64,000 bases of DNA, from assembly GCA_951406725.2 (NCBI GenBank), contig OX597831.1:19220001-19284000 (forward strand), in the 5' to 3' direction. A model generated the notes under the pieces. That model saw only the letters and a list, made by a program, of their open reading frames with translations. It was not told the origin of the DNA and ran no database searches. Positions 1 through 13,622 of the stretch are shown here, piece after piece. Position 1 is the first letter of the stretch. Each line of letters opens with the position of its first letter. A program made the position numbers and the translations under genes. Origin of the DNA: Octopus vulgaris. Taxonomy: Eukaryota.

Positions 1-457
1 TTTATTATTTATTTTATAACAAAGAAATTAAAGGGGCCTTCTCCGTCTCCACCTGGTTATTTTCGCGTTGTGGAGAATGTTAGGTAGGATAATTACTCAC
101 CAAGCAACGGTTCGTTTATATGTATATATTCGTAACGACTCAGTTAACTAAGCTCCCCGTTCCTAAAAGAATTTCACGTACACCAACCGAGTGACTGAAA
201 ACGTATGCCATCGGAGAACAGCTTAGGTCAGATTTTGTTTCTCCATACAGGTTTGTGTTTCAAGTGCATTCATCATATCTCACTTTCTCTTCACTTCTAA
301 TCCCTTTCCATTTCCCTTTCTCTTATTTCTGATGAGAAACAAATTATTCAGAAACTGCGCATGTTCTGTTCTTCTTCTGCTTTATTGCAATTCAGTTATT
401 ATATTGTTATTATTCATGTGCCTGGATTTTTTCTCTTGCAAATAATACTTACGTAAA

Positions 458-745
<288 letters not shown>

Positions 746-804
746 TACACACACTTATACAAATAATTTTATGCTATAATATGCTATAATCATTTACGTA
801 ATTG

Positions 805-905
805 CGTTGACAGCATTCCGTCCGTTTTAATTTCTGAGTTCAAATTCCACCGAGGTCGTCTTTGCCTTTCGTCCTCTCCAGGTTGATGCAATAAGTACCA
901 GGTTT
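805..905 (+). mobile_element. Degenerate SINE fragment (family 2: ttctgagttcaaattccgccgaggtcgactttgcctttc)
   Basis: Matches the better copy at 63075-63275; another fragment lies near 1600-1750. Confidence 0.6.
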
Positions 906-3900
906 CGTACCAAAAGCAGAGTGGAATATTAACATTTCAAACCTACTACACAATGAACAATGGTGGCAACATCGGAAAACGTACGGTAAAATAACGTCCA
1001 TGTATTTGAAGTTCGTAAAATCAACAACAGTCTTCTTTGCGAAAGAGTGATGTTACAAGCGATATGATCTTAATCGTTATTAAGTATCGCGTGTTGCAAC
1101 GATTAGTTTTGAATGAATGCAGCAAAGCCAGTGCCTGCAATATGATATTATAGGCAACACATGCCACTGCTAAAGAAACTTTGACACGCGCAGGAATAAA
1201 ACTTTCGCTCATGTACAATATATTATATAATGTCTGGTTTCATGTAAGTTACATTTTACTTATTAGCATTATTTGAAAGTCCCCTTTTCAAGATGACAAC
1301 GTAAGCCAAGAATATTATGAAAGCATTCAAAAATTCATAACCTCTGCTCTTTTCAAACACACATATGTCAGCTCCATGGCATAAAATATCGTAGCTTCAC
1401 CCCCAGAGACTTTGCCTCATGCGATATAATGTCACGTAATCTAAGCAGGTCTTTCCAGAAATAATATATTTTACATTCTGAAATAAAGGTTTCTACCAAT
1501 TTATATTGACTTAGACAGTCATATCAAATATGACTGGTAAAGAGTGCAAGATGGAGTGCTGCTAAAAATTATTCTAGTGTATTTGTTTTCTGGTTCTTTA
1601 CGGTCTGAGTTCAAATCCTACTGATATCAACTTTGCCATTTATTCTATTTCGGGAACCAATGAATTGCCCGTCACGTGCTGGGGTACTAGGAACCGAGTA
1701 GCCTCTCCCCTCAAAGGTGTTGGCCATGCGTCTATGTCAGCAGCTAGTATTACTAATATTAATAATACAGACACACACATTACTGTGTATGTGTGTATAT
1801 CTATGTAGACTTGACTATCAAGATTTTTTTTCTGATTCTCGTAAACCCTATTTTAAAAAGTATTAACAAAATATTGTATACAAAGGAATATAAAATTATT
1901 TTATATTAAGAATATAATGTATCAATATCAAATTTGTTCTACAAAACTTTTCTTGTGCTACGTGAAAGGTGGAAGGCGTTCAACAGATTTTTTTTTTCTG
2001 TGAAAACTGCAAAGAATACAGATATGTGTAGATAACAATGTAAATCTTTATTTCGCCCATGTGCCTCAATAGAAAGGACATGTGAAAAGACGAGTAACAT
2101 AAGAGAGCATGAGTAGTAAACCTTACACCTTATCTCAAACATGGCTGCCCTCTAAGCCAAACGTCTAATTAATTGCATCCAATAATGTTTAAGTAAAACC
2201 TGCAATACACACCGTAATAATCTTGCTAGTCTTCCCCAGCAAACAACTTGAAATATCATACAAAAAATGTTGGTATTTGTGTTAAACAATTTATAATAAG
2301 AAATAATGAAATAAAGTTTAGGATGCTTCAGTAACAATGTACAAAATGGAAAATGTTTACTGTATAATTACATAATTATTAACTATTACGCTTCAAAAGT
2401 TGATGATATTAGTTTAATTATATTAAATTTAGTTTTATGCTTCTCTAAATCATAAATTCTTGCTACAATCAAATCCACTGGGACCAGTAAATAGTCGGTG
2501 TCTGAATATACAACGCAATTTTTTAAAATTTCCCAGTTAAAGATTTGGCATTGAAACATATGAACTACTGCAAAAAACATTTATCATATTTAGACAACAA
2601 CATACATTTATTAGGATACATAGTTGTTTTAATGGAGGTCACTACTTTAGCCATAAATCATTTTATATTATTAAGTAAACGGTTGCCGATTCAGAACTCA
2701 AACATAAATGAAATATCACGTGAATATTTCATTCATTGTCGCTTGTAGAAATAATGAAGGTAATTTAGAGCAGCAAAATGTCACAAATTAGTTTTCGAAA
2801 TGTTTTCTTTCAATTGTGTGCAATATTTGTGTGAGTTACTTTCAACTTAGGTTGATAATGTCGTGAAACAGCTTTGTTGCCGGCGAAACAAAGAAATAAA
2901 AGGATTTACAGAAAACATGTAGTTGCAGAACACGTGAACGTATTCACTACATGTCGACGTATTCCTCACCATACACTTGCTCATTCCACGTATCCAGTGC
3001 TATTACATATCCTTGAGTATCGGATTATGTAAAAATTGCCTTTATTGTAACATCACAATTAAATGCACGCTAAAATTATGGACGTAAGCACCTGCTAACC
3101 TTTATTTTCTTCTTGACTACCCGAAATATGCAAACATACTTTTCATTGCAATCACAGAAATAAACACGTGGAGAATAAGAAGAAAAAAAAAGAAAACATA
3201 CTCTTTATAGCTTCTCTCTGCTCGTACACAACTCTATTCACAAGTACTGTTTATAGTCGGCCCCTCCTTAATTTTTCTCAAAGTCAATGTCACTGTTCGC
3301 AAGTTCCATCAACAACATTTGAACTCTCTTTGACCGATCGTTCTTCATCTCACTTTACGAAAGCAGTAGTTGCTGCTACAGCTACTACTACTGCTGCTAC
3401 CAGAATTTACTGCTGCTACTACTACTGCTACAATTAGAAACATACAAGTTGACGATGACACCGAGATGTTTTTCCCCGTGTCTGAATTATACCGGTGGCA
3501 CCGATGAAAAATCCCTTTCTTTTTCTTTGTTGGGAGAAAACAGAATTTACAGTAAAAACAAACCCTCAGCCCTCCCTCCCGCGTATAAATTACTTTAAAA
3601 AGTAATATTTTAAAAGGGAAAGACGTGAGAAAAAAAGAAAAATAAATAAATTAAATTAACGAAAGACAAAAACATGTGCCTTCTCGCACATAAACATATT
3701 ATTTACACATATACAAACATACGCAGACGTAAATATTGAAGTACTAAATGGCACATCAAATGATATTTAACCGTGTGGAACATTTTACATACATATCAAT
3801 ATTCTAAAGTTGGACCTACTATTCCTTATCCTAAAGCTGCTTCAGATAACTAGGAAGGGTTCCTGACTCGTTTCACCGTCTGCTTTCAATCTTGGATTCT

Positions 3901-4037
3901 GATTCGGTTCAGCCCAAACTCTCAGATTTTGTCAGCTGTTGCCTACTCCTACAAGGATTGCAGCTGTTTTTGTTCCTGCTTTAAACTCAGATTTGTCCTA
4001 GACCCCATAGAAGATTGTTTTTGGCCAACCATCTATC

Positions 4038-5216
4038 ATGTCAGCTACCTACAAATCGAAACTGAGATCTGCGAGAAGGGCTTCTCATTAGGATGATGGT
4101 CCTACCAACGGTCATCTCAACGAGCAGTTGCTGTTGCTCAAACAAGAGGTAGAGCACCTAAAGTCTGTTGTTGCTCATTTACTGAATAAACAGTCTCCTA
4201 TTGACGCAGAGCCACCCTTGATTTCTTCCCTGGAGACGTCCAAACCGAAGGGAACAAAATCGAAGCGGCCAAAGAAGGCGAAGGAACCGGCGGTCGTTTC
4301 CGCACATGATCGTTCCTGTGTGGATTCTTCCTCATCTGCCTTTTCGGTCCCGGAGGTTCCCCAACCTGAATTGAGGAGCGTAGACTCAAACCCACCTGAA
4401 GACCGTTGTTCTCCCAAAAAGAAGAAACGTAGTCAAAACTCCAGTAGGGAAGATTTAGCTACGAAACCTGATCACGATAAAATCTGTTTGGATTCTCCCT
4501 CACTTGTCCTTCCCATTAATGCCATTGCTCAACCAATTCTGAACGATCTTGATGTGAGTTCATCTGGGGAGTGGTGCTCCCCCAAACCGAAGAAGAGGCA
4601 GTGCAGTTCCAAACCAGGCGGGAAAGTTATGACCAATAAACCCATTCCAATCGACTCCAAAGGCCGACATAAGTCTGATGGCTATGAAACCACCCTTTCG
4701 AAATCATCCAACGAAGAATCGAATGCCGCAGCTCATAGTAGAGAACAGAAAGGTCATTTTGCCCACTCAAGATCAGCAATCATTTATGGTAAAGCTGAAT
4801 CCACCTGTGATACAGGCATAAACTTCCTAAAAGAAGACATAAATTTTGTTTCCGTTTTAGTTGGAGAATTGTTCTTTGTCAACGAAAATGTCAGTATCCA
4901 TAAGGTCGCTCGGCTAGGAAGATTCCAAGCAAACTCAACTTCAGACACTAGACCACGCCCAATAAGAGTAATCTTTTCTTCCGATCAGGAGGCTTCAACC
5001 TTTCTGAACAGAGCTCAGATGCATGCCTCGGAGGACTCCAATATGAGTTTTCGCGAGGAATACTCAATGAGAGAGAGAATTCGCCGGAGAAACCTAATAT
5101 ACGAACTGAAGATGAGAAAACTGATGGGAGAAAAGGGTTTACGCATCCAAGATGGACAACTAATCAAGTCCTACCTCTGGTCCCATGCTGTAGTGCTGAC
5201 AGGGAAAGTTAATTGA
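4038..5216 (+). pseudogene. LINE ORF1 (coiled coil plus RLG...RPRPI RNA-binding-like C-terminus), premature stop
   Basis: ATG at 4038 is in frame with ORF 4128-5216, interrupted by TAG at 4089-4091. KVARLGRF...RPRPIRVIF is typical of CR1/L2 ORF1. Confidence 0.7.
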
Positions 5217-5250
5217 GGGCGAATCGAAGTAAAGTGGATACCCCCCGTCA

Positions 5251-7434
5251 ATGAGGCGAGGTGGAGGTGTTGCTGTGTATGTTAACTCTGATCTCAAACC
5301 GTCCAGCGGTATTCTACCCACTAATGCTCAACCTACAACAAAATGCGATGCAGTCTATTGCAAGCTGAGCCTATCCGGGTTTTGCCTGCCCGTGTTGGCT
5401 GTCTACAGGCCGCCTCTTGCCGACACCCAGGACGATGCGCATTTACTCGAAGCGATAAGATTCGTTTCAGCTTCTCATGTCTGTTTGATATTAGGAGACC
5501 TCAACGCTCCCACGATCGATTGGCACGCATCAATTTGTACATCATCTTCCCGGTTGGGCCAGGCCCTTGACGTGGCTGAAGATTGTTTTCTATCGCAACA
5601 TGTTGAATATCCGACAAGGCATCGGTCTGGGCAGCAGCCATCTATGCTGGATCTGGTATTCTCCCGCTATCCAAGATCAGTGTCAGACGTATCTGTGTGC
5701 GCCCCTCTTGCCAAGAGTTGTCATGCGGTCCTGAAGTTCGTCATGCACACAAATTTTTCTACGCCCACGACTACTTCGCTACAACGTAGAGTCTTCTCAG
5801 CAAGTAATCTTGAAATTCTAACCGAGGCTTCCGCGCTTCTGGACTGGCGATCCCTGATGACGTTGTCCTCAGTTGACGAACTATGGTCATCCCTCAAAGC
5901 ATATTTAATCTGGTTGACTGACCAGGCAGTTCCCGTTGGGCTTTCTAAGAAGAAGAAACACAAGCCCTGGGTGACGAAGAAGGTTAAACGAGAACTTCGA
6001 CTCAGAGATATTGCTTGGGCGGAATTCAAAAATCTGGATTCGACTGCAGCTTTTGAGGTGTACAAAGCTCAATGAGACCGAGCTATGAAAATTGAAAAGG
6101 AAGAACGCTTCAGATATGAATACAAAATCGCGGCAAAAGCCAAGAGCAACACAAAAACTTTCTTTGCCCATGTCCAACGGAATTTCCGCTTGAACAACCA
6201 AATTGCAACGTTGGTAGACTCAACAGTCGTATCGATTGAAGACCCTTGTAAACAGAGTCAATTATTTGCCGAGGCTTTTTCAACTATTTTCAAACAAGAT
6301 GATGGTCGTGAATCCCCTGCATTTGATAGATCGGTACTTCCAATGCGTCGATTGATCATCACGCGGGACGAAGTCGAACGCGCTATTCAAGGCCTCGATG
6401 TCAACAAGGGTCACGTCCCTCACGGCATGCACCCACGGTTTATCAAAGCGTTGGCTCCTGTCATCTGCGAGCTCCTGTCATCTCAGATCGCTCCTTCCAA
6501 GTCCAAGTTAATGGTTCGCGATCCGACGTCTCCAGGCGAGCAGTGGCGTGCCTCAAGGTTCAGCGCTTGGGCCCTTATTGTTCTTAGTCTTCATAAATGA
6601 CTTGCCCGACGACCTCACGCAACACACCCTTCTATTTGCCGACGATGTCAAACTGGTCGCTCCTCGCAGCGATATAGAGGATCTTCGTCGATGCCTCCAC
6701 CTAATTTGGAAATGGTCTAACGAATGGGACCTGTGTCTGAACGTGTCAAAGTGCTGTCATCTGCCTGTTGGCTCTCCTCCTGCAACTCAACTTGATTTCG
6801 AGCCGGGTCGTCTGCTGCTGGAGAGGACCGACCAGGTAAAGGACCTGGGTATCTTGGTGGAGTCTTCCTTTTCGCCTTCGGCCCAGTGCGTTCATGCTGA
6901 CAACAAAGCACACGGAGTTCTGTTTGTGATTCGGCGGTCATTCGGAATGCTCACAGCAGCCATATTCCTACCGCTCTATGTCACGCTGGTGAGACCCATA
7001 TTGGAGTACGGGATTCAAGCCTCTTCTCCTTATCTCCTCAAAGACATACAGCATCCCGAAAGAGTCCAGAAGCTGGCTACCCGCATGGTTCTTGGTCTCT
7101 AGATTTGTCTTATGAAGAAAGGCTGAAGACTCTCGACCTTTATTCTCTAGGAAAACGACGACGCCGTGGATATCTCATTCTTGCTCACAACATCATAAGC
7201 GGAAAGTGTAACCTCTCGAAAGAGCTGTTCTTCACTCCTGCTGCAGGGCGTCGGTTACGGGGTCATTCCGAAAAGCTCTATCTGCGACGACTTCATCTCA
7301 ATCGAAGGAGAGGGGCATTCTCCGTCTGGGTTGCGTATCCGTGGAATAAGCTGCCAGAAGAGATGGTGAAGATGCCGACGACCGCTCGGTTCAAAGTCTC
7401 CCTTGACCTCAAGTGGCCTGAACACTTTACATGA
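5251..7434 (+). pseudogene. LINE ORF2 (APE endonuclease plus reverse transcriptase), fragmented
   Basis: Split over ORFs 5251-6075, 6085-6600, 6548-7102 and 7105-7434. The EN N-terminus is missing and the early RT motifs are deleted near 6480-6540. Confidence 0.88.
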
Positions 7435-7874
7435 ACACCACCCTGTACATAACTCCATGTCCCCCTACATGGCCTTGCTTTTTGCTTTTTGAGCCCCAAA
7501 ATTAACTAACTAACTAACTATCTACAACTATTCTGAACATCAGACGTTCAGATGCATTAACGCTTTTACTGCGGAAATCACATCATATTTGTTCACTCGA
7601 AATGTTATCAAGCTTAAATGCAGAAAGTAATTTTATAGAACAATCTACATTTTCCTGACGAATGTCATTTGAAACTCGGTCTTGTTGAGATATGTCAAGT
7701 TTATTGTGGCAAAGTAACTCGCAGAAATACCAATTCTGGTTTTGCTAGATATTTAATATCATTACAGGAATAAAAATGGAATTTAATTTGGCGTTTGAAG
7801 GGATGAAATTGGTAAAATCAATTTACAGTCACCGACTGTCACTTCCTGTTTTATATACATAACTGTATATGTGG

Positions 7875-8570
<696 letters not shown>

Positions 8571-8739
8571 ATATATATATATAACACAAAAACGAAAAAG
8601 ATGCGAAGATGAGGTAGAGATGAGAACCAAAACTTCGGCAGTATTAGTTTAAAATTACGAGCATACTTTATAGTAGAAAATGGAAAGATGAGAGAAAAAG
8701 AGATGAAAGAACAAACTTAGACGGTCACTACAAGAAATA

Positions 8740-8776
<37 letters not shown>

Positions 8777-9592
8777 AAGAGAGAAAATAGATGCAGAGAA
8801 GAGGAGAGGAAGATGTTTAAAATTATGTTGATCCTTTGGTGCTTAAACAAGAAAATGACTTCAAGAATACAGCACCACAGTCATTGCAAGGAGCCAGAGA
8901 ATGATAACTATCCTTCCAACACAACATTTTGTCTGCTTCCAAAGCATTCAAAGAGCCGCTATTTCCTTATCATGTACTTGGGATTCTCCTACTGCCTCAT
9001 TGAGAGGCTGGATGTGCTTGTGTGGCCCCAGTAGATTTCGATGAAAACCGTGACAAACTACGCAATAATTCATTAAGGGACACCAGTGTTACTCAATGGA
9101 CTAATAATGGATTTAACCTTATTAGTCTATATGGCATGTAAATACCATGGAAATTACTGTAATATCCAGACTCCGCAAGTAAAATGAAATACCAGTGATA
9201 CAATAGAGCTAAATACGCAAAATTGTATAACAGAAAAATGTAAGTTTTAAGGCAGGCTTTTTCTTTTTTCTTTTTTCATACTTGTTTCAGACATTGAACT
9301 GCAGTCAAGCTGCAGCCTCAGCTTGCATGTTTCGTCGAACAAACCGAACCAATTAACTTAATTTAAATCTGGTTCTCCTCTTGTTGCAGGATTTAAACGA
9401 AGCGATAATTTGCAGAGTCATAAACAAAATAAAAACATCTGTCAATAGTTGAGAGGACAACAACAAACACACACACATACACTGAGAAGGGCACACATAC
9501 TGTTGATTTCTTTTATCGTTAGATTATATCGCTACATCATATACATACATACATACATACATACATACATTCATACATGCATACATACATAC

Positions 9593-10235
9593 AGAAAGAT
9601 ACATTAAGGAAATCAAGGTTAGGGTAAACCTTGATTTCCTTAATGTATCTTTCTCTGCTGCTAACTTAAACCCCTTTTACAGCTTTCCGTATCTCTCCCT
9701 TCCCTAAATTCCTGCTATAAATTCTGATGGCTTTCATTTGAAAGTAAGGTCTGGTCAGCTTCACAGTCTCCTAAGAATTTAGTGTTCCACCCACACTGAC
9801 CTAAATCTTCTGTCACCACAGAAATAGATTGACCCTTTGTTCTAGTGTCAATCTGTTTTGTCTTTTTACATCTCCTAAATTTTTTCGCCTTCTTTTCTTC
9901 AACTAACTTGATTCCTTAACCTGCCCTTACTACCATTCTTATAACTAAGGAAATTTTTATTACAACAGTTAGTTGTGAACTTAATTTTGGTCTGTTTGGC
10001 ATCCTACTTCATGTTCCTGAAATTCATATCTACATCTTTATCAGTATATTTACCTTCTCTAGGATGTTACTAATTGATTTGAGAACTTTATATTATTGGA
10101 AAACCTATATGAAATTAGCTGAAGATTACTTGACATATTATATCTGCTGTAATATTTACAGCTTTAATAAAATGTTATAGTATGAAACAATTGTACTAAA
10201 TTACCGGATCCATTCTTGTTGCTTTTTTTTGATAA
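9593..10235 (+). mobile_element. Non-coding Penelope pLTR-like fragment with 5' fold-back hairpin
   Basis: Lies between (TACA)n and (TA)n. Its 3' end carries a hammerhead and the atccattcttgttgctttttt tail shared with the 45-54 kb element. 28-bp perfect inverted repeat at 9593-9654. Confidence 0.7.
10113..10202 (+). ncRNA. Type I hammerhead ribozyme (long stem II)
   Basis: Stem I ttag/ctaa, CTGAAGA core, extended stem II with inner gctgtaa/ttacagc hairpin, GAAA, palindromic caattg stem III, GTA cleavage triplet. Confidence 0.8.
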
Positions 10236-10261
10236 TATATATAAATATATACATATATATA

Positions 10262-11845
10262 CAGTTGCGGCCAAAATGTTCAGAACGACAATGTTTTCGT
10301 CAGAAAAGTAGGTATAATTTTTTATCGAAGTTGTTTTATATTCTATAATTTTCACGGACAATGAATACAATGTTATTTGGTATTAAGCGGATAATACAAA
10401 AGTTATGGATGATTTAATGATTTACTGCAAAACCTATAGCGGCCAAAAGGATCAGAACGGTTGAAAAAATAACAAAATAATCAAAAATGACAGAGAATAC
10501 TGAAATTATTTAATATTTAGTGTGAAGCCCTTTAGCTTCAATCACACTTTGACATCTTCGACTGCATGAGGAAATTAAATTTTCAATTTCTTGCTGGGTG
10601 ATCTTATTCCATTCTTCCTGAAGGGCTTTCCATAATTGCTTGGTTGTTTTAGGATTTCTGGCTTTCGAACGTTCTCCTAGAATATTCCACACATTTTCAA
10701 TAGGATTGAGATCTGAGCTTTGAGCAGGCCAATCCATAACAACAACCTTTTCAGCCTTGAGGAAGTTCATGACCACCTTAGCCTTGCGACATGGAGCATT
10801 GTCCTGCATCAATATGGGTGGTCGCTTGGTTGAATTTCTCAGCACAGGCAACACATGATCTTTTACAAGTTGTTTATAAACTCCTGCATTTAACTTCCCA
10901 TATAATCGCATCAAAGGGCCCACTCCATCTCCAGATATCATCCGCCAAACCATGACACTTCTTCCACCGAATTTAACACTAGTCTTAAGGCATTTAGGCG
11001 ACAATTTTTCACCTACTTTTCGACGAGCCATATAACATAAACTAAGATTCATCACGGAAATGCACCGTTTGCCATTTTTCTTGAGACCACAACATATGTT
11101 CGGTTGCAAAGGTAAGACGACACTTCTTATTCTTGGAGATGATCAGTGGCTTCACTGCAGGTGCTCTTGCTTGTAGGTCATGTTCAACTAAACGACGAGA
11201 CACAGTTTTTCGAGATAAAGTTTTCTTCAGTACAATGCTCATTTTCCGAGAAACAGCAGCAGGAGTTTTAAATCTGTCCTTTTTCACCAACTTTACCATA
11301 GCACGATCTTCTCTCTTGGTCGTTTTTCTTGGCCTACCTGTAGACGTTCTAGCTTCACACGAGCCACAATCATTGTAGACCTTAAGAATACCGTGAACAG
11401 CACTTTTTGACTTGTTAACAATCTTTGCAATAGATTCAATACTTAAATTATCCTTCTTTCGAAGCTTAATAATCTGCTGACGAATTTGTAACGGAGTAAG
11501 TGGCATTATATTAAGAAAGTACACTGCAGATATTCTTACTAATGTTTAGTAAACGAATCATCACGTAAATAAATTCAAAACATTAGAGTTCGTCGATTAA
11601 ATATACTAAAACACGGAGTAAAAGCAACCGTTCTGATCCTTTTGGCCGCCATAGGTTTTGCAGTAAATCACTAACTCATCCATAACTTTTGTATTATCCT
11701 CTCAAATTACACCAAAATCTCAGACAATCACAATTAATATTGTATTTATTTTCTGTGAAAGGTATAGAATATAAAACAACTTTGACAAAAACGTATACCT
11801 ATTTTTCTGGCGAAAACAATGCCGTTCTGAACATTTTGGCCGCAA

Positions 11846-11848
<3 letters not shown>
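10262..11848 (-). mobile_element. Tc1-family DNA transposon, IR/DR type, full length
   Basis: TIRs cagttgcggccaaaatgttcagaacg (10262) and cgttctgaacattttggccgcaactg (11848) are flanked by TA. Inner direct repeats gcggccaaaaggatcagaacgg lie at ~10439 and ~11628. Confidence 0.95.
10510..11524 (-). pseudogene. Tc1 transposase (DD34E), single frameshift near 11045-11070
   Basis: HTH, GRPRKTT, FRDES, QDNAPC, DLNPIENVW with 34-residue D-E spacing, and GLHTKY C-terminus. Split across ORFs 11042-11524 and 10510-11109. Confidence 0.92.
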
Positions 11849-11888
<40 letters not shown>

Positions 11889-11914
11889 AGTAAAAGATAT
11901 ATGTATGTATGTAT

Positions 11915-12120
11915 ATGTTTGTGTGTCTGTATCTACCCAACAACCGATGCTGGTGTGTTTACGTCCCCGTCAATTAGCGGTTCGGCAAGAGAGACCGATA
12001 GAATAAGTACTTGGCATTACAAAGAAAAAGTTATCGCGTCGATTTGCTCCATTAAATCGGTGCACCAGCATGGCCACAGTCAAATGACTGAAATAAATAA
12101 AAACAAAAAAGAAAGAAATA
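11915..12120 (+). mobile_element. SINE family 1, 3' half
   Basis: caaccgatgctggtgtgtttacgtccccgt...cagcatggccacagtcaaatgactgaaa. Confidence 0.75.
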
Positions 12121-12988
12121 TTATTTCTGAATCTGTAAGAGGTATACAGTAGCAGATTTTTAAAGTAAAGGCTATTTGCCAACATAATGAGCATGTCTAT
12201 ACGACACGATATCTGTGTCCATATGCTTTGGAGCACGAATTTCAGTACTCCCATCTACCGCATTACATCTGTAGACCGGTTTCCGGGTTATTGAACTTTA
12301 TCAGCACAGAGTAACTGCTTGGATAGGTGACGTTGTTGAATTCACCGTTCGAATATATAGTTTTCAAAGTGACACACAGTTACTGATCTAATAAAATTAA
12401 AACATTATTATTCCTAAATCTCTCAATAGGAGATATTCAGTAACGGTTCTGCAAGGTAAAGGCTATTTGGCAACATAACGTGAATGTCCTGGAAGGGACG
12501 ATGTTACGTTGGCAAATAGCCTTTTCTTATATATATATGTGTGTGTGTGTGGAGGAGAGAGTGAAGAAGAGAGAGAGAGGGATGGAGAGAGAGAGGAAGA
12601 GAGAGAGAGAGGGGAAGGGATAGAGTGATGTGGTGAGTTTCTATATTAATTTTATTTAAACGGTTTAGTCATCCTGGGACTATAGTATATGTCTATAGCC
12701 AAGATGCCATGCAGACTGAACCGGAAACATCTGCCTGAAAAGCAAATATTTAAAACACACTGTCGGCCTTGCACCTCTAAAGGTTTCCCATTTAAATGCT
12801 CACTTGACGTTGCTAAACTTCAATAAACGAAGGAATGATGTTTTCAACGTCGTATTAAAACCATCAAATATCAATTTATAGGAGTCATTTCAAGATATGA
12901 TCAGTAATATGTGCAATGGAAGATGTATAGAATTTATTGTTTAACAAAAAAACCTATTAAATATATATAACGTATATTTATTCCAACA

Positions 12989-13054
12989 TTAATATTTATA
13001 TATTTGCAATAACATCAGCACAAACGCAGTCGCAAATATTGATTGAAAACTGAT
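12989..13054 (-). CDS. Gene A exon 5 (ISFQSIFATAFVLMLLQIYKY*), hydrophobic GPI-signal-like tail
   Basis: Acceptor tttcttttctctttacag, phase 0. Homologous in position and character to gene B exon 5. Confidence 0.7.
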   Translation of the reverse strand: MSFQSIFATAFVLMLLQIYKY

Positions 13055-13238
13055 CTGTAAAGAGAAAAGAAATATATTAATTCAAACATCGATATTTACA
13101 GGTATTTAATGTACAATAAACAATCTATTTTTACTCCATATACTTTCATATTGATTATTATTTTTGAATTGACGTTGCATCTAAACTATATTGATGTAAG
13201 TGCACTACGTTGACATCGCATCTGCTATTTCAGTGACA

Positions 13239-13622
13239 TCTCTCTCTATATAAACGGCAGTTTGTCTCTGTGTGTTTCTGTGTGTCTGTTAGGTTGTACC
13301 CTCACCCTGACCACGGCTTTCAACCGATTCTGATGAAACTTGACACACACATAGCCCAATGTCATAATTCAAAGCTAACGCAGCGAAAATTTTGAAAAGT
13401 TCCCCCAGTTCTGAAAAAAATCGATAAATTCGACATGGGGTCGAGAATCAGAAACACAAACCACAAACTGTCTAGGGCGCAACTCCACCTTTTTAACTCT
13501 CGAAAAAAAATTTACCATCATTTTTTTTTCCATTTTTTTGCTATTTTTTGGCTATAACTCTCTAAAATTGCTTTATAGTTATTTCCCTTACAAACCCGAG
13601 CAACGCCGGGCGATACTGCTAG
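13239..13622 (+). mobile_element. Non-autonomous Helitron
   Basis: 5' TC after A; subterminal hairpin cccgagcaacgccggg; 3' CTAG before T. Confidence 0.8.

Larger units (their letters stand above)
3808..7520 (+). mobile_element. CR1-like LINE with two internal deletions
   Basis: GC-richer block containing ORF1, APE endonuclease motifs (RRGGGVAVYV, VYRPP, ILGDLN, SMLDLVF) and RT motifs (PQGSALGPLLF, LFADDVKL). It has a CR1-type C-terminus (LERVQK-like, WNKLPEE) and a (TAAC)n tail at 7501-7520. The 5' boundary is approximate. Confidence 0.9.

Noticed and set aside
325-370. CTGATGA...GAAA hammerhead-like motif
   Set aside because: No convincing stem I and an extra base before GAAA; at best a decayed copy.
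1939-2142. Signal-peptide-like ORF as a fourth cluster paralog
   Set aside because: No matching exon length, splice sites or cysteine spacing.
7651-7686. CTGACGA...GAAA ctcg GTC hammerhead-like motif
   Set aside because: Stem I does not pair and stem II is marginal.
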